DNA from: a plasmid
Sequence record: NZ_CP014126.2
Length of the DNA stretch: 64,000 nt
Strand: one strand, 5' to 3'
Part shown: positions 1-8,764 of the stretch, piece after piece
Layout of the letters: each line of letters opens with the position of its first letter
How positions within the stretch are numbered: position 1 is the first letter of the stretch
Position numbers and translations under genes: made by a program
Notes under the pieces: model-generated
Seen by the model: the letters and a program-made list of their open reading frames with translations, nothing else
Database searches by the model: none
Told to the model about the DNA's origin: nothing

Positions 1-835
1 CTTGTTTATCGAATTCTGTCGCAGCAAATATAAAAAGTGTTCGTCCAACATTCTTGAGGGATATAACTGATTTACATTTAGCTATGAATGGTTGAACTTG
101 AGTTAATGATACTTTTACTCCAAGTAAAACATCACATGCAAAAAAACCAGGTTTTGCTGCATCAGCTACTTTAGTGATCAGTGGCGAAAGATAAGAAGGA
201 GCTGTAATATCAAACTGATAGGTAGAAATAGTAGGTGTATCATTTATTCTGGTTTTGACAGAGTCATGGCTTACTAAATTTAAGTTTTGGGCCCACTGAA
301 CAATCGCTGAGACAAAGACTGACTCACTAATCAATCGTGCATTTACCAGTCTTGCCACACGGCCAAAACGTTCGTTTTCCCGTTCTGTAAGCACAAGACA
401 CGTACCGATTTCAGGTAAAGATAGCTTCTTACACAAACCTAAACTGACTAGATTTTCCATGACGGTATTGAAAGAAAGTTTTTTCTTCATTGCCAAGGGA
501 GAGCCACTGGCAGCACCAAAATGGTGTATAGGTACTATCCCCCCCCTGGCCATCATCGCCGTCAATGCCAGACCATATGCAGATCCAGTTCTAACCAGCT
601 CTTCAGTGAATATCCGCCAAAACTTTTCACTCCCATAAGCTTCTTTTGTGTACAAAAAATGCTCACGCTTAGGGAACATGTTTTTTAGACTGTTTATCTC
701 CCCCGACTGCACCGATCTCGAAATTAACTTCCGAGCGTTTTCAGCAGTTATACCACGGTCACTTATGATGAGTTCTGCCAATTTTGAGCTTAGGCAGGGG
801 CCCTGTTTTTGGAGTAGATTAGAAATCGGTGTCAT
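1..835 (-). CDS. hypothetical protein; 3' end runs past the window edge
   Basis: Continuous minus-strand reading frame from ATG (rc of 833-835) to position 1, more than 278 codons (MTPISNLLQKQGPCLSSKLAELIISDRG...). An in-frame TAG lies immediately upstream of the ATG. It is absent from the ORF track because no stop occurs inside the window. AT-rich. Confidence 0.45.
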   Translation of the reverse strand, partial: MTPISNLLQKQGPCLSSKLAELIISDRGITAENARKLISRSVQSGEINSLKNMFPKREHFLYTKEAYGSEKFWRIFTEELVRTGSAYGLALTAMMARGGIVPIHHFGAASGSPLAMKKKLSFNTVMENLVSLGLCKKLSLPEIGTCLVLTERENERFGRVARLVNARLISESVFVSAIVQWAQNLNLVSHDSVKTRINDTPTISTYQFDITAPSYLSPLITKVADAAKPGFFACDVLLGVKVSLTQVQPFIAKCKSVISLKNVGRTLFIFAATEFDKQ

Positions 836-1058
836 AGATTTTGTCACACTGCGCTATTAATAATTACAAACAAACAGAGATTTCGTGCTTAAAAAAAGAG
901 ATGAGCTTACTATATGATTAATATGGGTTTTTAATGAGCTTAATGATGGCTAGATGATTATGTGCCGCGATGTTGCTTTTTTAGATATATTCACTGCCAA
1001 CGTTTATATATATAAATCCTTTATCTCGCGTTCAGACAACACGCTTTACAGTTAAAAT

Positions 1059-1155
1059 CTTGCAGCAATATAAAAGCATGCTGCAATGTTGCTGCAAACG
1101 TGTTGAGCGCAGCAATTTTTTACTATAGATTGTCTTGCAGCAAGATTGCTGCTTG
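1059..1155. promoter_or_regulatory. parA promoter/operator region with about 5 copies of TGCAGCAA / TTGCTGCA in both orientations
   Basis: cttgcagcaa...tgctgcaatgttgctgcaa...gcgcagcaat...cttgcagcaagattgctgc lies directly upstream of parA. The same octamer is iterated downstream of the partition genes. Confidence 0.5.
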
Positions 1156-1168
1156 ATAGAGAGGGTGT

Positions 1169-1807
1169 ATGGCTTGGATTGTTGGATTCATTTCCCAAAA
1201 AGGTGGTGTTGGTAAGAGCACAATGTCTCGTGCTTTTGGTCGTGAGGCGAACGCTGGCGGCATTACTACAAAAATAGCTGACCTTGATACTGAACAAGCT
1301 ACGACGACTGACTGGCATCGTAGACGCCTTTCGAATGGACTTCCCCCTGCATGTTCAGTAGAGGTGTTTAAAACAGCTTCTCAAGCTCTGTCCGTTGCAG
1401 ATAACGTTGATCTTCTTATTCTTGATGGCCCTGCTCGTGCAAGTAAGGGGACAGCAGAAATTGCTAAAGTAGCTGATCTCGTTGTGCAGCCGACCGGCGC
1501 CTCTCTTGATGATTTGATTCCCGCTATAAAAGTTTTTCACGCGCTTGTTAAAGAGGGTATTCCACGAAACAAGCTCATATTCTCGTTAAGTAGAGTTGGG
1601 ACAGATGCTGAAGAGGCTGATGCTCGTGCCTATATATTAGAAGCTGGCTACGAGGTGCTTGATGGCTGCCTTTTCGAAAAACCTGCATATCGCAAAGCTA
1701 TGAATGCTGGACTTGCGGTAACTGAAACTCGATACAAAGGGCTTAATGAAAGAGCTGATGAACTGATTCAGGCCCTCATCAACAAAGTGGGAGAACAAAA
1801 TGGCTGA
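1169..1807 (+). CDS. parA: ParA-family partition ATPase, small type Ib (212 aa)
   Basis: Deviant Walker A motif KGGVGKST at the N-terminus. Size and layout match small ParA proteins. Followed by an overlapping small RHH gene. Confidence 0.85.
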   Translation: MAWIVGFISQKGGVGKSTMSRAFGREANAGGITTKIADLDTEQATTTDWHRRRLSNGLPPACSVEVFKTASQALSVADNVDLLILDGPARASKGTAEIAKVADLVVQPTGASLDDLIPAIKVFHALVKEGIPRNKLIFSLSRVGTDAEEADARAYILEAGYEVLDGCLFEKPAYRKAMNAGLAVTETRYKGLNERADELIQALINKVGEQNG

Positions 1808-2168
1808 TGTTTCTGCATTGAAAAATAAATTCAAAGCCAAATCCAAAGGATTAGGAACGCCTCCTGGACCTGATGATTATGCAACTAGTTTGAATTCTCC
1901 AGAAGTTGCTCCAGCCCCTGACACTTCTGCAGAAATAAAAGAATCCCCTGCAGTCGTGGCACTGCCGGAGCAGCCAACTCACGAACTTTATTTCAAACGT
2001 GATGGCAGAAGTATGCGAAAAACCAATCGCACTATTCCTTTTGCTACTCGTGTTTCAGCCGAGTTTGACCAACGTTTCAGGGATATAGCCTATCAAGAAG
2101 ACCTTAAGATAGTTGAGCTGCTTGAAAAAGCTCTGGAAGCTTATGCGGAAAAGCAAGGTTACAAGTAG
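1800..2168 (+). CDS. parG: Centromere-binding partner of ParA (ParG / type Ib ParB-like, ribbon-helix-helix C-terminus)
   Basis: Start overlaps the parA stop (ATGGCTGATG). The C-terminal segment TIPFATRVSAEFDQRFRDIAYQEDLKIVELLEKALEAY has a beta-strand then helix-helix RHH pattern. The N-terminal half is Pro/Ala-rich and unstructured-looking. Confidence 0.6.
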   Translation: MADVSALKNKFKAKSKGLGTPPGPDDYATSLNSPEVAPAPDTSAEIKESPAVVALPEQPTHELYFKRDGRSMRKTNRTIPFATRVSAEFDQRFRDIAYQEDLKIVELLEKALEAYAEKQGYK

Positions 2169-2570
2169 CTGCAAGATTGCTGCAATCTTGCAGTAATCAT
2201 TTGAATCTTTCCTGATCTTCCTTCTGTACTATCATTCAGCATCTAAGTTTGCTGCTATCTATCTGCAAGATAGCAGCAAACTTGCTTAGGCTGGTTTGCC
2301 CAATTTTCGACTCATGATGTGTTGCATCTTTCTGCAATCTTGCAGCTATCTTAATTGTGAGCTTCATAATGTTCACACTAAAAGATTGCTGCAAGAATGC
2401 AGCAATCATGCTGATGGTTTTCATCCCTTGTTACCTACGATTTTATGCAAAATACTTGCAGCAAGCTTGCTGCTATCTTTCAGGCTTTCATCATCTACTA
2501 AACAGCTATCCACTCCAGTATTTACAGGATGACTGCAATCTTACAGCAATCTTGCAGCAATCTTGCTATA
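2166..2570. repeat. Centromere-like iteron array: at least 6 palindromic units TGCAGCAA-N3-4-TTGCTGCA between parG and parM
   Basis: Examples: ctgcaagattgctgcaatcttgcag, ttgctgctatctatctgcaagatagcagcaaacttgc, gattgctgcaagaatgcagcaatcatgctg, acttgcagcaagcttgctgctatc, gactgcaatcttacagcaatcttgcagcaatcttgct. The ORFs called inside this region (2236-2424 -, 2296-2532 +, 2357-2602 +) are low-complexity artefacts. Confidence 0.55.
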
Positions 2571-2699
2571 AGTTTGCCGTAGCTACTATGAGTTTTAAGT
2601 GAGATAAATATGAGATATTTTAGTTGCTGATATGTTTCTTTTACCAGTGATCGTGTATATTTGTCTCATATAGTTCTCAAATAAAGGGTGTTAAGAGAT

Positions 2700-3656
2700 A
2701 TGAAAATGTTCATCGATGATGGTTCTACAAACGTTAAACTCGCCTGGCATGACAAGGATTGTGTGAAGACACATTTGAGCCCTAATAGCTTCAAGCGTGA
2801 ATGGTCAGTAGCCTTTGGTGACAAACCTGTGTTCAATTACACCATGAACGGCGAGCAGTACTCTTATGATCCGATTGCACCTGAAGCAGTGAAAACAACG
2901 AATATTGCGTGGCAGTACAGTGACGTGAACGTAGTTGCTGTGCACCATGCGCTTCTGCAGACTGGCCTCAAACCCTGCGAAGTGGACATTACGGTCACAC
3001 TGCCACTGACTGAGTTTTATGATCACAATAACCAGCCAGCTGCAGCGAGCATCGAAAAGAAAAAAGCGAGTCTGCTGCGTCCGGTTTCACTGAACGGTGG
3101 TGAAAGCTTTAAAATCCGCAGTGTCTCGGTAATGCCCGAATCTATTCCTGCCGGATTTGAACTACTGAGCGAGCTGGACCTGCTCGATTCACTTCTCATT
3201 GTTGATTTGGGGGGGACGACGCTCGATATTTCACAGGTACGCGGTCGCATGAGTGGTATTACACGTATTCATGGCGATGCAACGATCGGGGTATCTCTGG
3301 TCACAACTGCAGTAGCTGACGCGCTTCGTGTTGCAGGAACGCGGGGTAGCAGCTATCTTGCCGATGATATTATTGTCCATCGCAATGATGATGCTTACCT
3401 TGAGCGCCGTATAAACGATCTCTCCCGCGTGAGTCTGGTCAAAAACACCATTACTGAATCACTCGAACGTCTGACTCAGCGTGTTCTAAGCGCCATGGCG
3501 GCGTTTGAAGGTTATACCCATGTAATGGTTATTGGCGGTGGTGCTGAAATTATTGCCGAAGCCGTTCGTACGCACTGTGGTGTGAGGGCAGAGCGCTTTT
3601 ATAAAACCGACTCATCCCAGTTTGATTTGGTCAGAGGGATGATTGCTATCGGATAA
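2700..3656 (+). CDS. parM: ParM/StbA actin-like plasmid segregation ATPase
   Basis: [18 protein letters not shown]...[32 protein letters not shown]...[19 protein letters not shown] is the R1 ParM/StbA N-terminal signature. The first ATG is at 2700; the track starts at an upstream GTG at 2688. Confidence 0.85.
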   Translation: MKMFIDDGSTNVKLAWHDKDCVKTHLSPNSFKREWSVAFGDKPVFNYTMNGEQYSYDPIAPEAVKTTNIAWQYSDVNVVAVHHALLQTGLKPCEVDITVTLPLTEFYDHNNQPAAASIEKKKASLLRPVSLNGGESFKIRSVSVMPESIPAGFELLSELDLLDSLLIVDLGGTTLDISQVRGRMSGITRIHGDATIGVSLVTTAVADALRVAGTRGSSYLADDIIVHRNDDAYLERRINDLSRVSLVKNTITESLERLTQRVLSAMAAFEGYTHVMVIGGGAEIIAEAVRTHCGVRAERFYKTDSSQFDLVRGMIAIG

Positions 3657-3660
3657 CGTC

Positions 3661-4026
3661 ATGGATACGCGCAGAAAAATCCAGTTTTACATTAATCCTA
3701 AGAGCAGCCTCGGTGAGGCTTATGCTGACAGTCACACCGATGAAACACCGCAGGGGGAACGCGGTCGACTCTGGAAGGCCGCGATGCTGAGCGGGTTTGC
3801 ACTTGAGCGTATCGATCCACGCCTCCCGTTTTTACTGTCTGAACTGCTGAGTGAAAACACGACAGCTGAAGAAGTGATTCAGGTTATCCGGGCGGTCTGT
3901 CCTAAAAAAATGACAGCCCAGTCTATGGCTGAGGCGGAAAATGAGATAGAACCCGTTGATGCTGCCAAAAATGACACTGTGGACGAAACACGCAGCAATG
4001 CGAAAGGTATGTTTGGTGTCAGTTAA
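3661..4026 (+). CDS. parR: ParR/StbB centromere-binding adaptor for ParM
   Basis: MDTRRKIQFYINPKS...PQGERGRLWKAAMLSGFALERIDPRLPFLLSELLSENTT resembles R1 ParR. ATG at 3661 lies 5 nt after the parM stop; the track starts at an upstream TTG at 3643. Confidence 0.75.
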   Translation: MDTRRKIQFYINPKSSLGEAYADSHTDETPQGERGRLWKAAMLSGFALERIDPRLPFLLSELLSENTTAEEVIQVIRAVCPKKMTAQSMAEAENEIEPVDAAKNDTVDETRSNAKGMFGVS

Positions 4027-4041
4027 CTTTATGAGGGTGCT

Positions 4042-4284
4042 ATGAACAGGGTGTTTATACTGGGAGCGGGATTCCTGGGATTCAGAAAGCTAACTGGTAA
4101 AGACAGGAAGAGTGCAGGGGAATGGGGCTTCCTAATCAGCATGCTATTTATCGTTCCACTGCTGTTCTGGGAAAGCCCCTCTGTCATAATATCTGTAGTT
4201 CTTCAGTTGATGTGGGGGGCAACAGCAACTCGATCAGCTTTTTTGGCTAATGAAACATGGAAAAAAAATAAACAGCAGCGATGA
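4042..4284 (+). CDS. small hydrophobic hypothetical protein
   Basis: 80-aa ORF with two predicted transmembrane segments downstream of parR; no recognisable family. Confidence 0.3.
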   Translation: MNRVFILGAGFLGFRKLTGKDRKSAGEWGFLISMLFIVPLLFWESPSVIISVVLQLMWGATATRSAFLANETWKKNKQQR

Positions 4285-4302
4285 ATTATTTTTAAAGAAT
4301 GT

Positions 4303-4336
4303 GGCCTGTCTGTTTAACTCAGGTGACAGACAGGCC
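4303..4336. terminator. Perfect 11-bp-stem hairpin (ggcctgtctgt...acagacaggcc) between convergent genes
   Basis: Inverted repeat read directly from the sequence. It lies 3' of the minus-strand umuC fragment and 3' of the plus-strand small ORF. Confidence 0.5.
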
Positions 4337-4374
4337 GAATGACGTATGTAGTAAAACTCGTTCAGCGCGCTGAC

Positions 4375-5412
4375 TCAGATTACCCTAGCGACCGGAATAT
4401 CGCTCCAGCGCGTTGTCCATGCCGGTGACAGCATATCTCGTTTCATCTTCCACTCCGTATTCACGCCCTGACCGGCAAACCACACACTGCCGAGCCCGGA
4501 TTGATTGATCCCGTCCAGAACCTTCATCAACTGTGCGCTATTTGCACGTGGCTTATCTTCATCGAACAGGTTGAGCTGACTGACGCCGTTCGGCGTAAAG
4601 TCATCGAGCATTATCCCGGCCTTCATGTAACGTCGCCCTTCAAGCCAGATGCGATCAAGAGATCGCATGGCCACTTCAATCACGTCCCGCGTGTCTTGGG
4701 TAGGAATTGTGAGACTCTCACCGGCGCTATTGCCATAAAATATCTCACCCTGCGCATGCGGTGAGGTGCGGATAAAGACGCTGATGCGCCGGCAGAACTG
4801 CCGTTCCTTTCTGAGCTTCTCCGCAGCCCGGGTTGCGTACTGACACAGCGCCTCCTGCATCAGCACCTTCGCCGTAATTCTCTCGCCAAAGGATCGGCTG
4901 CAGACAATCTGCTGTTTAGCAGGCACAAACTCTTCAAGGGGAATACAGGATTCTCCGTTAAGTTCCCGGACAGTACGCTCCAGCACGACGCTGAAGTTTT
5001 TACGGATAAGGGCAGGGTGGGCGCGCGACAGCTGCTGGGCGTTTTCAATCCCCATCAGATTAAGTCGCTTACCGATGCGCCGGCCAACGCCCCAGATTTC
5101 CTCCACGGGCTGGTTCGCCAGCAGGGCTGCGGTGCGCTTAGGATTACCCGGCGTCAGCGCCAATACACCGCGGAACTGTGGCCACTCTTTGCTGGCCCAC
5201 TGAGCTGATTTGGCCAGAGTTTTTGTCGGCCCCATTCCAACACCGACAGTAAGGCCAGTCGTAGCCAGCACGTGCACTCGCAGGCGCCGGCCGAAATGTT
5301 CAAAGTCTTCGCAGAAATCAATACCAGTCAGGTCCAGGAACATCTCATCAATGGAATACTGCTCAACGCGGGGTGTTATCTCTTCCAGCGCGGTCATGAC
5401 GCGCTGAGACAT
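4375..5412 (-). pseudogene. umuC: umuC 3' fragment (C-terminal ~345 codons of the polymerase V catalytic subunit), severed by an insertion
   Basis: The translation aligns with residues ~78-420 of the intact UmuC at 18707-19969 (SIDEMFLDLTG vs SIDESFLDVTG; GVGFGPTKTLAKLANH vs GVGMGPTKTLAKSAQW). Only a non-coding AT-rich stretch lies upstream. The missing N-terminus is found at 16365-16607. Confidence 0.85.
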
Positions 5413-5661
5413 GCTGTGGTTTATGTGGAATGCAATTTAAACAAAAAAATAAGTTACCATTCCTCTGAAGTTTATTTTCTGAACAGGAATTATTCAGCCT
5501 TGAACCACTTCGGTATGCTTACTGGCAGGGAGGAAAGTTGACGGGTGGTAAGACATAGCCGGAAAATCGATTTCCCCGCCGGGATTTAATCTGCCATGCT
5601 TATTCTGAAGCCCTCAATCGGGCAATGCGCTTTTATCTTTCACTTTATGCAGGAAGAAATA

Positions 5662-6660
5662 ATGATAAAAAATTACAGAATCCCGGGACTGACCGCGGTG
5701 GCATTTCTCCTCATAAGTACCATCGCAGGTGCTGCAGAAGCGCGCTGGACGTTTGACGGCGATATCCACAACAATTCCCTTGCTGTCAGTCCCGATGAAA
5801 AAACGGCGGTGGCGTCCTACAGTGAGCGCTCAGACGTGGTGGTCTATGATCTGGCTGCCGGGAAAGTCAGAAAGGTGATGAAGGGCTACGTCACCCCCCG
5901 TAATGCACTTTTCTCTCCGGACGGTAAGGCCATATTTCTTTCTGACAGCAGTCTCGGCGTAGTCAAAAAAATCAGCACCGGGACGCTTGACGTGGCGGCC
6001 ACGCTGCCGCTGGGGCCCGGGGCATTCGGCACGGCCATAAGTCGTGACGGTCAGCGACTGTATGTGAATAACGAGGCCGCCAGCACGCTCTCGGTGTATG
6101 ACCTTACACATGACCGGCCCATTGCAGTTGTGACGGGTTTTGCCCAGCCCCGTCAGGGCATTAAAATCAGCCCGGACGGCAAAACCGTCTACGTCACCAA
6201 CTTTAAGGGCGATAAAATTACCCTGGTTGATGCCGTGACGGGCGACATTCGCGGCGAGATAACCGGCTTCAGCAAGCTGCGCGCCATTTCTGTCAGCGCA
6301 GACGGCCGCACACTGTACGCGGCTAACAGCGGCAGCAACACAATCGCCGTGGTTGACACGCAAAAGCACGTCATTACGGCAACCATTCCCGTGGGTCAGG
6401 ACCCTTACGGTGCCGCGCTGACGCCGGATAACCGCTATGTTTACAGCGGCAACCTTGGCGACAACAGCCTCTCCGTTATTGATACCGCCGCCGGTAAGGT
6501 GGTGTCCACCGTCACCGGACTGGATGCGCCCCGTCAGGCGATTGTCTTCAACAAGGACGGTACCCGCGCGTGGGTGCTGAATAAAGACCTCAGCATTGCG
6601 GTGGTTGACCTGAAAAAGAACCGTGTCATGGCCACGATTAAAAGCCCGCCGCAGACCTGA
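5662..6660 (+). CDS. secreted YVTN-family beta-propeller repeat protein
   Basis: Signal peptide MIKNYRIPGLTAVAFLLISTIAGAAEA. Repeated S/TxDG(K/R)xxYV(T/A)N blades: SPDGKAIFLSD, SRDGQRLYVNN, SPDGKTVYVTN, SADGRTLYAAN, TPDNRYVYSGN, NKDGTRAWVLN. An RBS-spaced ATG is at 5662; the track ORF starts at 5596. Confidence 0.75.
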   Translation: MIKNYRIPGLTAVAFLLISTIAGAAEARWTFDGDIHNNSLAVSPDEKTAVASYSERSDVVVYDLAAGKVRKVMKGYVTPRNALFSPDGKAIFLSDSSLGVVKKISTGTLDVAATLPLGPGAFGTAISRDGQRLYVNNEAASTLSVYDLTHDRPIAVVTGFAQPRQGIKISPDGKTVYVTNFKGDKITLVDAVTGDIRGEITGFSKLRAISVSADGRTLYAANSGSNTIAVVDTQKHVITATIPVGQDPYGAALTPDNRYVYSGNLGDNSLSVIDTAAGKVVSTVTGLDAPRQAIVFNKDGTRAWVLNKDLSIAVVDLKKNRVMATIKSPPQT

Positions 6661-6810
6661 CGCGAAACCTCCCTTACTCCAGCGCAGTGACGATCCTTCG
6701 CAAAGTGGGGTGGTTAATCACTTTTATAGATTTATTTTAGCTAAATAACCTGTTTTAAAGATTTACTCTGACATGCCTATAATCTTTCTGTCTACTCAGG
6801 AGATTCCGGC

Positions 6811-7971
6811 ATGAACGATAAAATATTCACCCTGCATAACGGTGCGCGTCCGCTGAGCGCGCTGAGCAGCCCGAAAGAGGCCATACGACAGTTCACGCCT
6901 AACTGGTTCGCCGCGACCATGGGGACCGGCATCCTGTCGCTGTCTCTGGCGCAGTTCCCCTGGCAGGTTCCGGGATTGCGCCTTGTCGCCGAGGGGCTCT
7001 GGATGTTTAACATCCTCCTGTTCAGCGTCTTTGCCGTGATGTATCTGGCCCGCTGGGTGATGTACTTCGGAGAGGCAAAGCGCATTTTCGGCCATTCAAC
7101 CGTGTCCATGTTCTTCGGCACCATCCCGATGGGCATGGCGACCATCATCAATGGCCTGCTGGCGTTCGGTCTTCCGCGCTGGGGCGCAGACGTTATTCAG
7201 GTGGCACACGCCCTGTGGTGGCTGGACGTGGCGATGTCGCTGCTGTGCGGCGTGTGCATTCCCTACATGATGTTTACCCGGCAGCAGCACAGTATTGACC
7301 AGATGACTGCCGTCTGGTTACTGCCGGTCGTGGCAGCCGAGGTCGCGGCGGTCAGCGGCGGCCTGCTGGCGCCGCACATTGCTGCCCCACACGCGCAGCT
7401 CGGCATCATTATTACCAGCTACGTGCTGTGGGCGTACTCCGTGCCGGTGGCGCTGAGCATCCTCGCCATTCTGCTGCTGCGTATGGCGCTGCACAAGCTA
7501 CCGCACGAAAGCATGGCGGCCTCAAGCTGGCTGGCGCTGGGTCCGATTGGCACCGGCTCGCTCGGCATGCTGGTCATCGGCGGAGATGCGCCCGGGGTGT
7601 TTGCCGCGGCGGGCATGCCGGAAATCGGTCACATCGCGCAGGGCGTGGGGTTCGTTGCCGGCATTCTCTTCTGGGGCTGCGGCCTGTGGTGGATGCTGCT
7701 GGCCACGCTGATAACCGTGCGATACTTCCGTGAAGGCATCCCGTTCAACCTTGGATGGTGGGGCTTTACCTTCCCGCTGGGCGTGTACACCGTGGCCACG
7801 CTCAAGCTGTCTACCCTGATTGACCTCGCATTCTTTAAAGGCTTCGGTGCGCTTCTTGTCGTCATACTGGCGGCCATGTGGCTGCTTGTCGCGGTGAAAA
7901 CAGTGCGTGGGGCATGGAGCGGTAAACTGTTTGTTTCTCCCTGTCTGGCAGGCCTGGATCGGAAGCCGTGA
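6811..7971 (+). CDS. TDT-family (TehA / C4-dicarboxylate / malate / Ssu1-type) anion transporter
   Basis: 386-aa polytopic membrane protein. Hydrophobicity pattern of 10 transmembrane segments; the N-terminal region PNWFAATMGTGILSLSL is typical of TehA-like proteins. Confidence 0.6.
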   Translation: MNDKIFTLHNGARPLSALSSPKEAIRQFTPNWFAATMGTGILSLSLAQFPWQVPGLRLVAEGLWMFNILLFSVFAVMYLARWVMYFGEAKRIFGHSTVSMFFGTIPMGMATIINGLLAFGLPRWGADVIQVAHALWWLDVAMSLLCGVCIPYMMFTRQQHSIDQMTAVWLLPVVAAEVAAVSGGLLAPHIAAPHAQLGIIITSYVLWAYSVPVALSILAILLLRMALHKLPHESMAASSWLALGPIGTGSLGMLVIGGDAPGVFAAAGMPEIGHIAQGVGFVAGILFWGCGLWWMLLATLITVRYFREGIPFNLGWWGFTFPLGVYTVATLKLSTLIDLAFFKGFGALLVVILAAMWLLVAVKTVRGAWSGKLFVSPCLAGLDRKP

Positions 7972-8567
7972 GTGAAACCAGCACATCGATGCAGGACTCG
8001 TTTTTACGCGAGGAATGCCTCGCGGCAGTCACCGCGCCGCATGTGGCCGCGCTGAATCGCTGGGTCAGCGGCCAGCGTCAGGCCGGTGCAGAACTGCCGT
8101 GGTTTGATCCGGCTGACGGCGGGGTTAGGGCCGGACTGCTCGTCCTGCTGCAGTCGCCGGCGCGCAGCAGCCCGTCACCGCGGTTTGTGTCGCGTGATAA
8201 CCCGGGGCCGGCCCAGCAGAACCTTGGGCGGTTTCTGGCGGAAGCCGGTATTTCGCGTCAGGACAGCGTGCTGTGGAATACGGTGCCCTGGGTCAGTCAC
8301 GGGCTGCAGAAACGGCCGTCAGCGGCGGACATCCGCAGAGGCTGCGCCTTGCTTGAGGACGTGCTGGCGTATCTGCCCGCGCTGCGCGTGGTGGTGCTGG
8401 CCGGTGCCGTAGCGGCTCAGGCCCGCGGGACGGTCAATCATCTGTACCCCGGCGTCCCCGTGTTGACGATGCCGCACCCCAGTCCGCTTTCGCTCTGCAC
8501 GAGTCCGGCGGTGACGGAAAACATTCGCCGGGTACTCTGCGAGGCACGGGCTGCGCTGGCAGGCTGA
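7968..8567 (+). CDS. uracil-DNA-glycosylase-superfamily fold protein with divergent active-site motifs
   Basis: Architecture matches family-4 UDG: motif-B-like MPHPSPLS near the C-terminus and a G-x-FLxxAGI...V(L)WNTVPW block. The canonical GE(A/G)PG motif A is replaced by LQSPA. The start GTG overlaps the stop of the transporter gene. Confidence 0.45.
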   Translation: MSETSTSMQDSFLREECLAAVTAPHVAALNRWVSGQRQAGAELPWFDPADGGVRAGLLVLLQSPARSSPSPRFVSRDNPGPAQQNLGRFLAEAGISRQDSVLWNTVPWVSHGLQKRPSAADIRRGCALLEDVLAYLPALRVVVLAGAVAAQARGTVNHLYPGVPVLTMPHPSPLSLCTSPAVTENIRRVLCEARAALAG

Positions 8568-8586
8568 GGGCGCCAGCAGAATAATA

Positions 8587-8615
8587 CTGACAGGTTTTGC
8601 AACCGGCTCTATACT
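8587..8615 (+). promoter_or_regulatory. sigma70-like promoter (CTGACA-17 nt-TATACT) driving the riboswitch-led operon
   Basis: Hexamers with 17-nt spacing sit ~10 nt upstream of the riboswitch aptamer. Confidence 0.45.
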
Positions 8616-8625
8616 CATATGACAA

Positions 8626-8680
8626 GGTGATGGCGTTCCACCTTTCCCAACCGCTCCGTTCCGGAGCTGATGACGCCTGA
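8626..8680 (+). ncRNA. fluoride riboswitch (crcB RNA motif) aptamer
   Basis: GGUGAUGGCGUUCCACC-uuuCCCAACC-GCUCCguuccGGAGC-UGAUGACGCCU matches the conserved GGnGAUGGnGUUCnnCC...AAC...stem...UGAUGAC(U/G)CCU layout. The loop GGCGU can pseudoknot with ACGCC. It sits 85 nt upstream of ppaC. Confidence 0.8.
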
Positions 8681-8764
8681 TGCGACTCTTGATTTTCAGG
8701 AGGTGCGTCAGGCCGTCCTTACTTTCTTCCCGGCCTGCGTACTTCCCTCTTCGGGGAGAGACCT

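Noticed and set aside
648-860. Plus-strand 70-aa ORF
   Set aside because: It is antisense to the continuous minus-strand frame 1-835, which has a much longer open frame.
2236-2602. Three ORFs (2236-2424 -, 2296-2532 +, 2357-2602 +) between parG and parM
   Set aside because: They lie entirely in the TGCAGCAA/TTGCTGCA iteron array. The translations are repetitive (Cys/Leu/Gln-rich) and mutually overlapping.
5830-7986. Minus-strand ORFs 5830-6369, 6792-7151, 7522-7986 inside the YVTN and TDT genes
   Set aside because: Antisense GC-frame artefacts; the plus-strand genes have a signal peptide and repeat structure or transmembrane periodicity.
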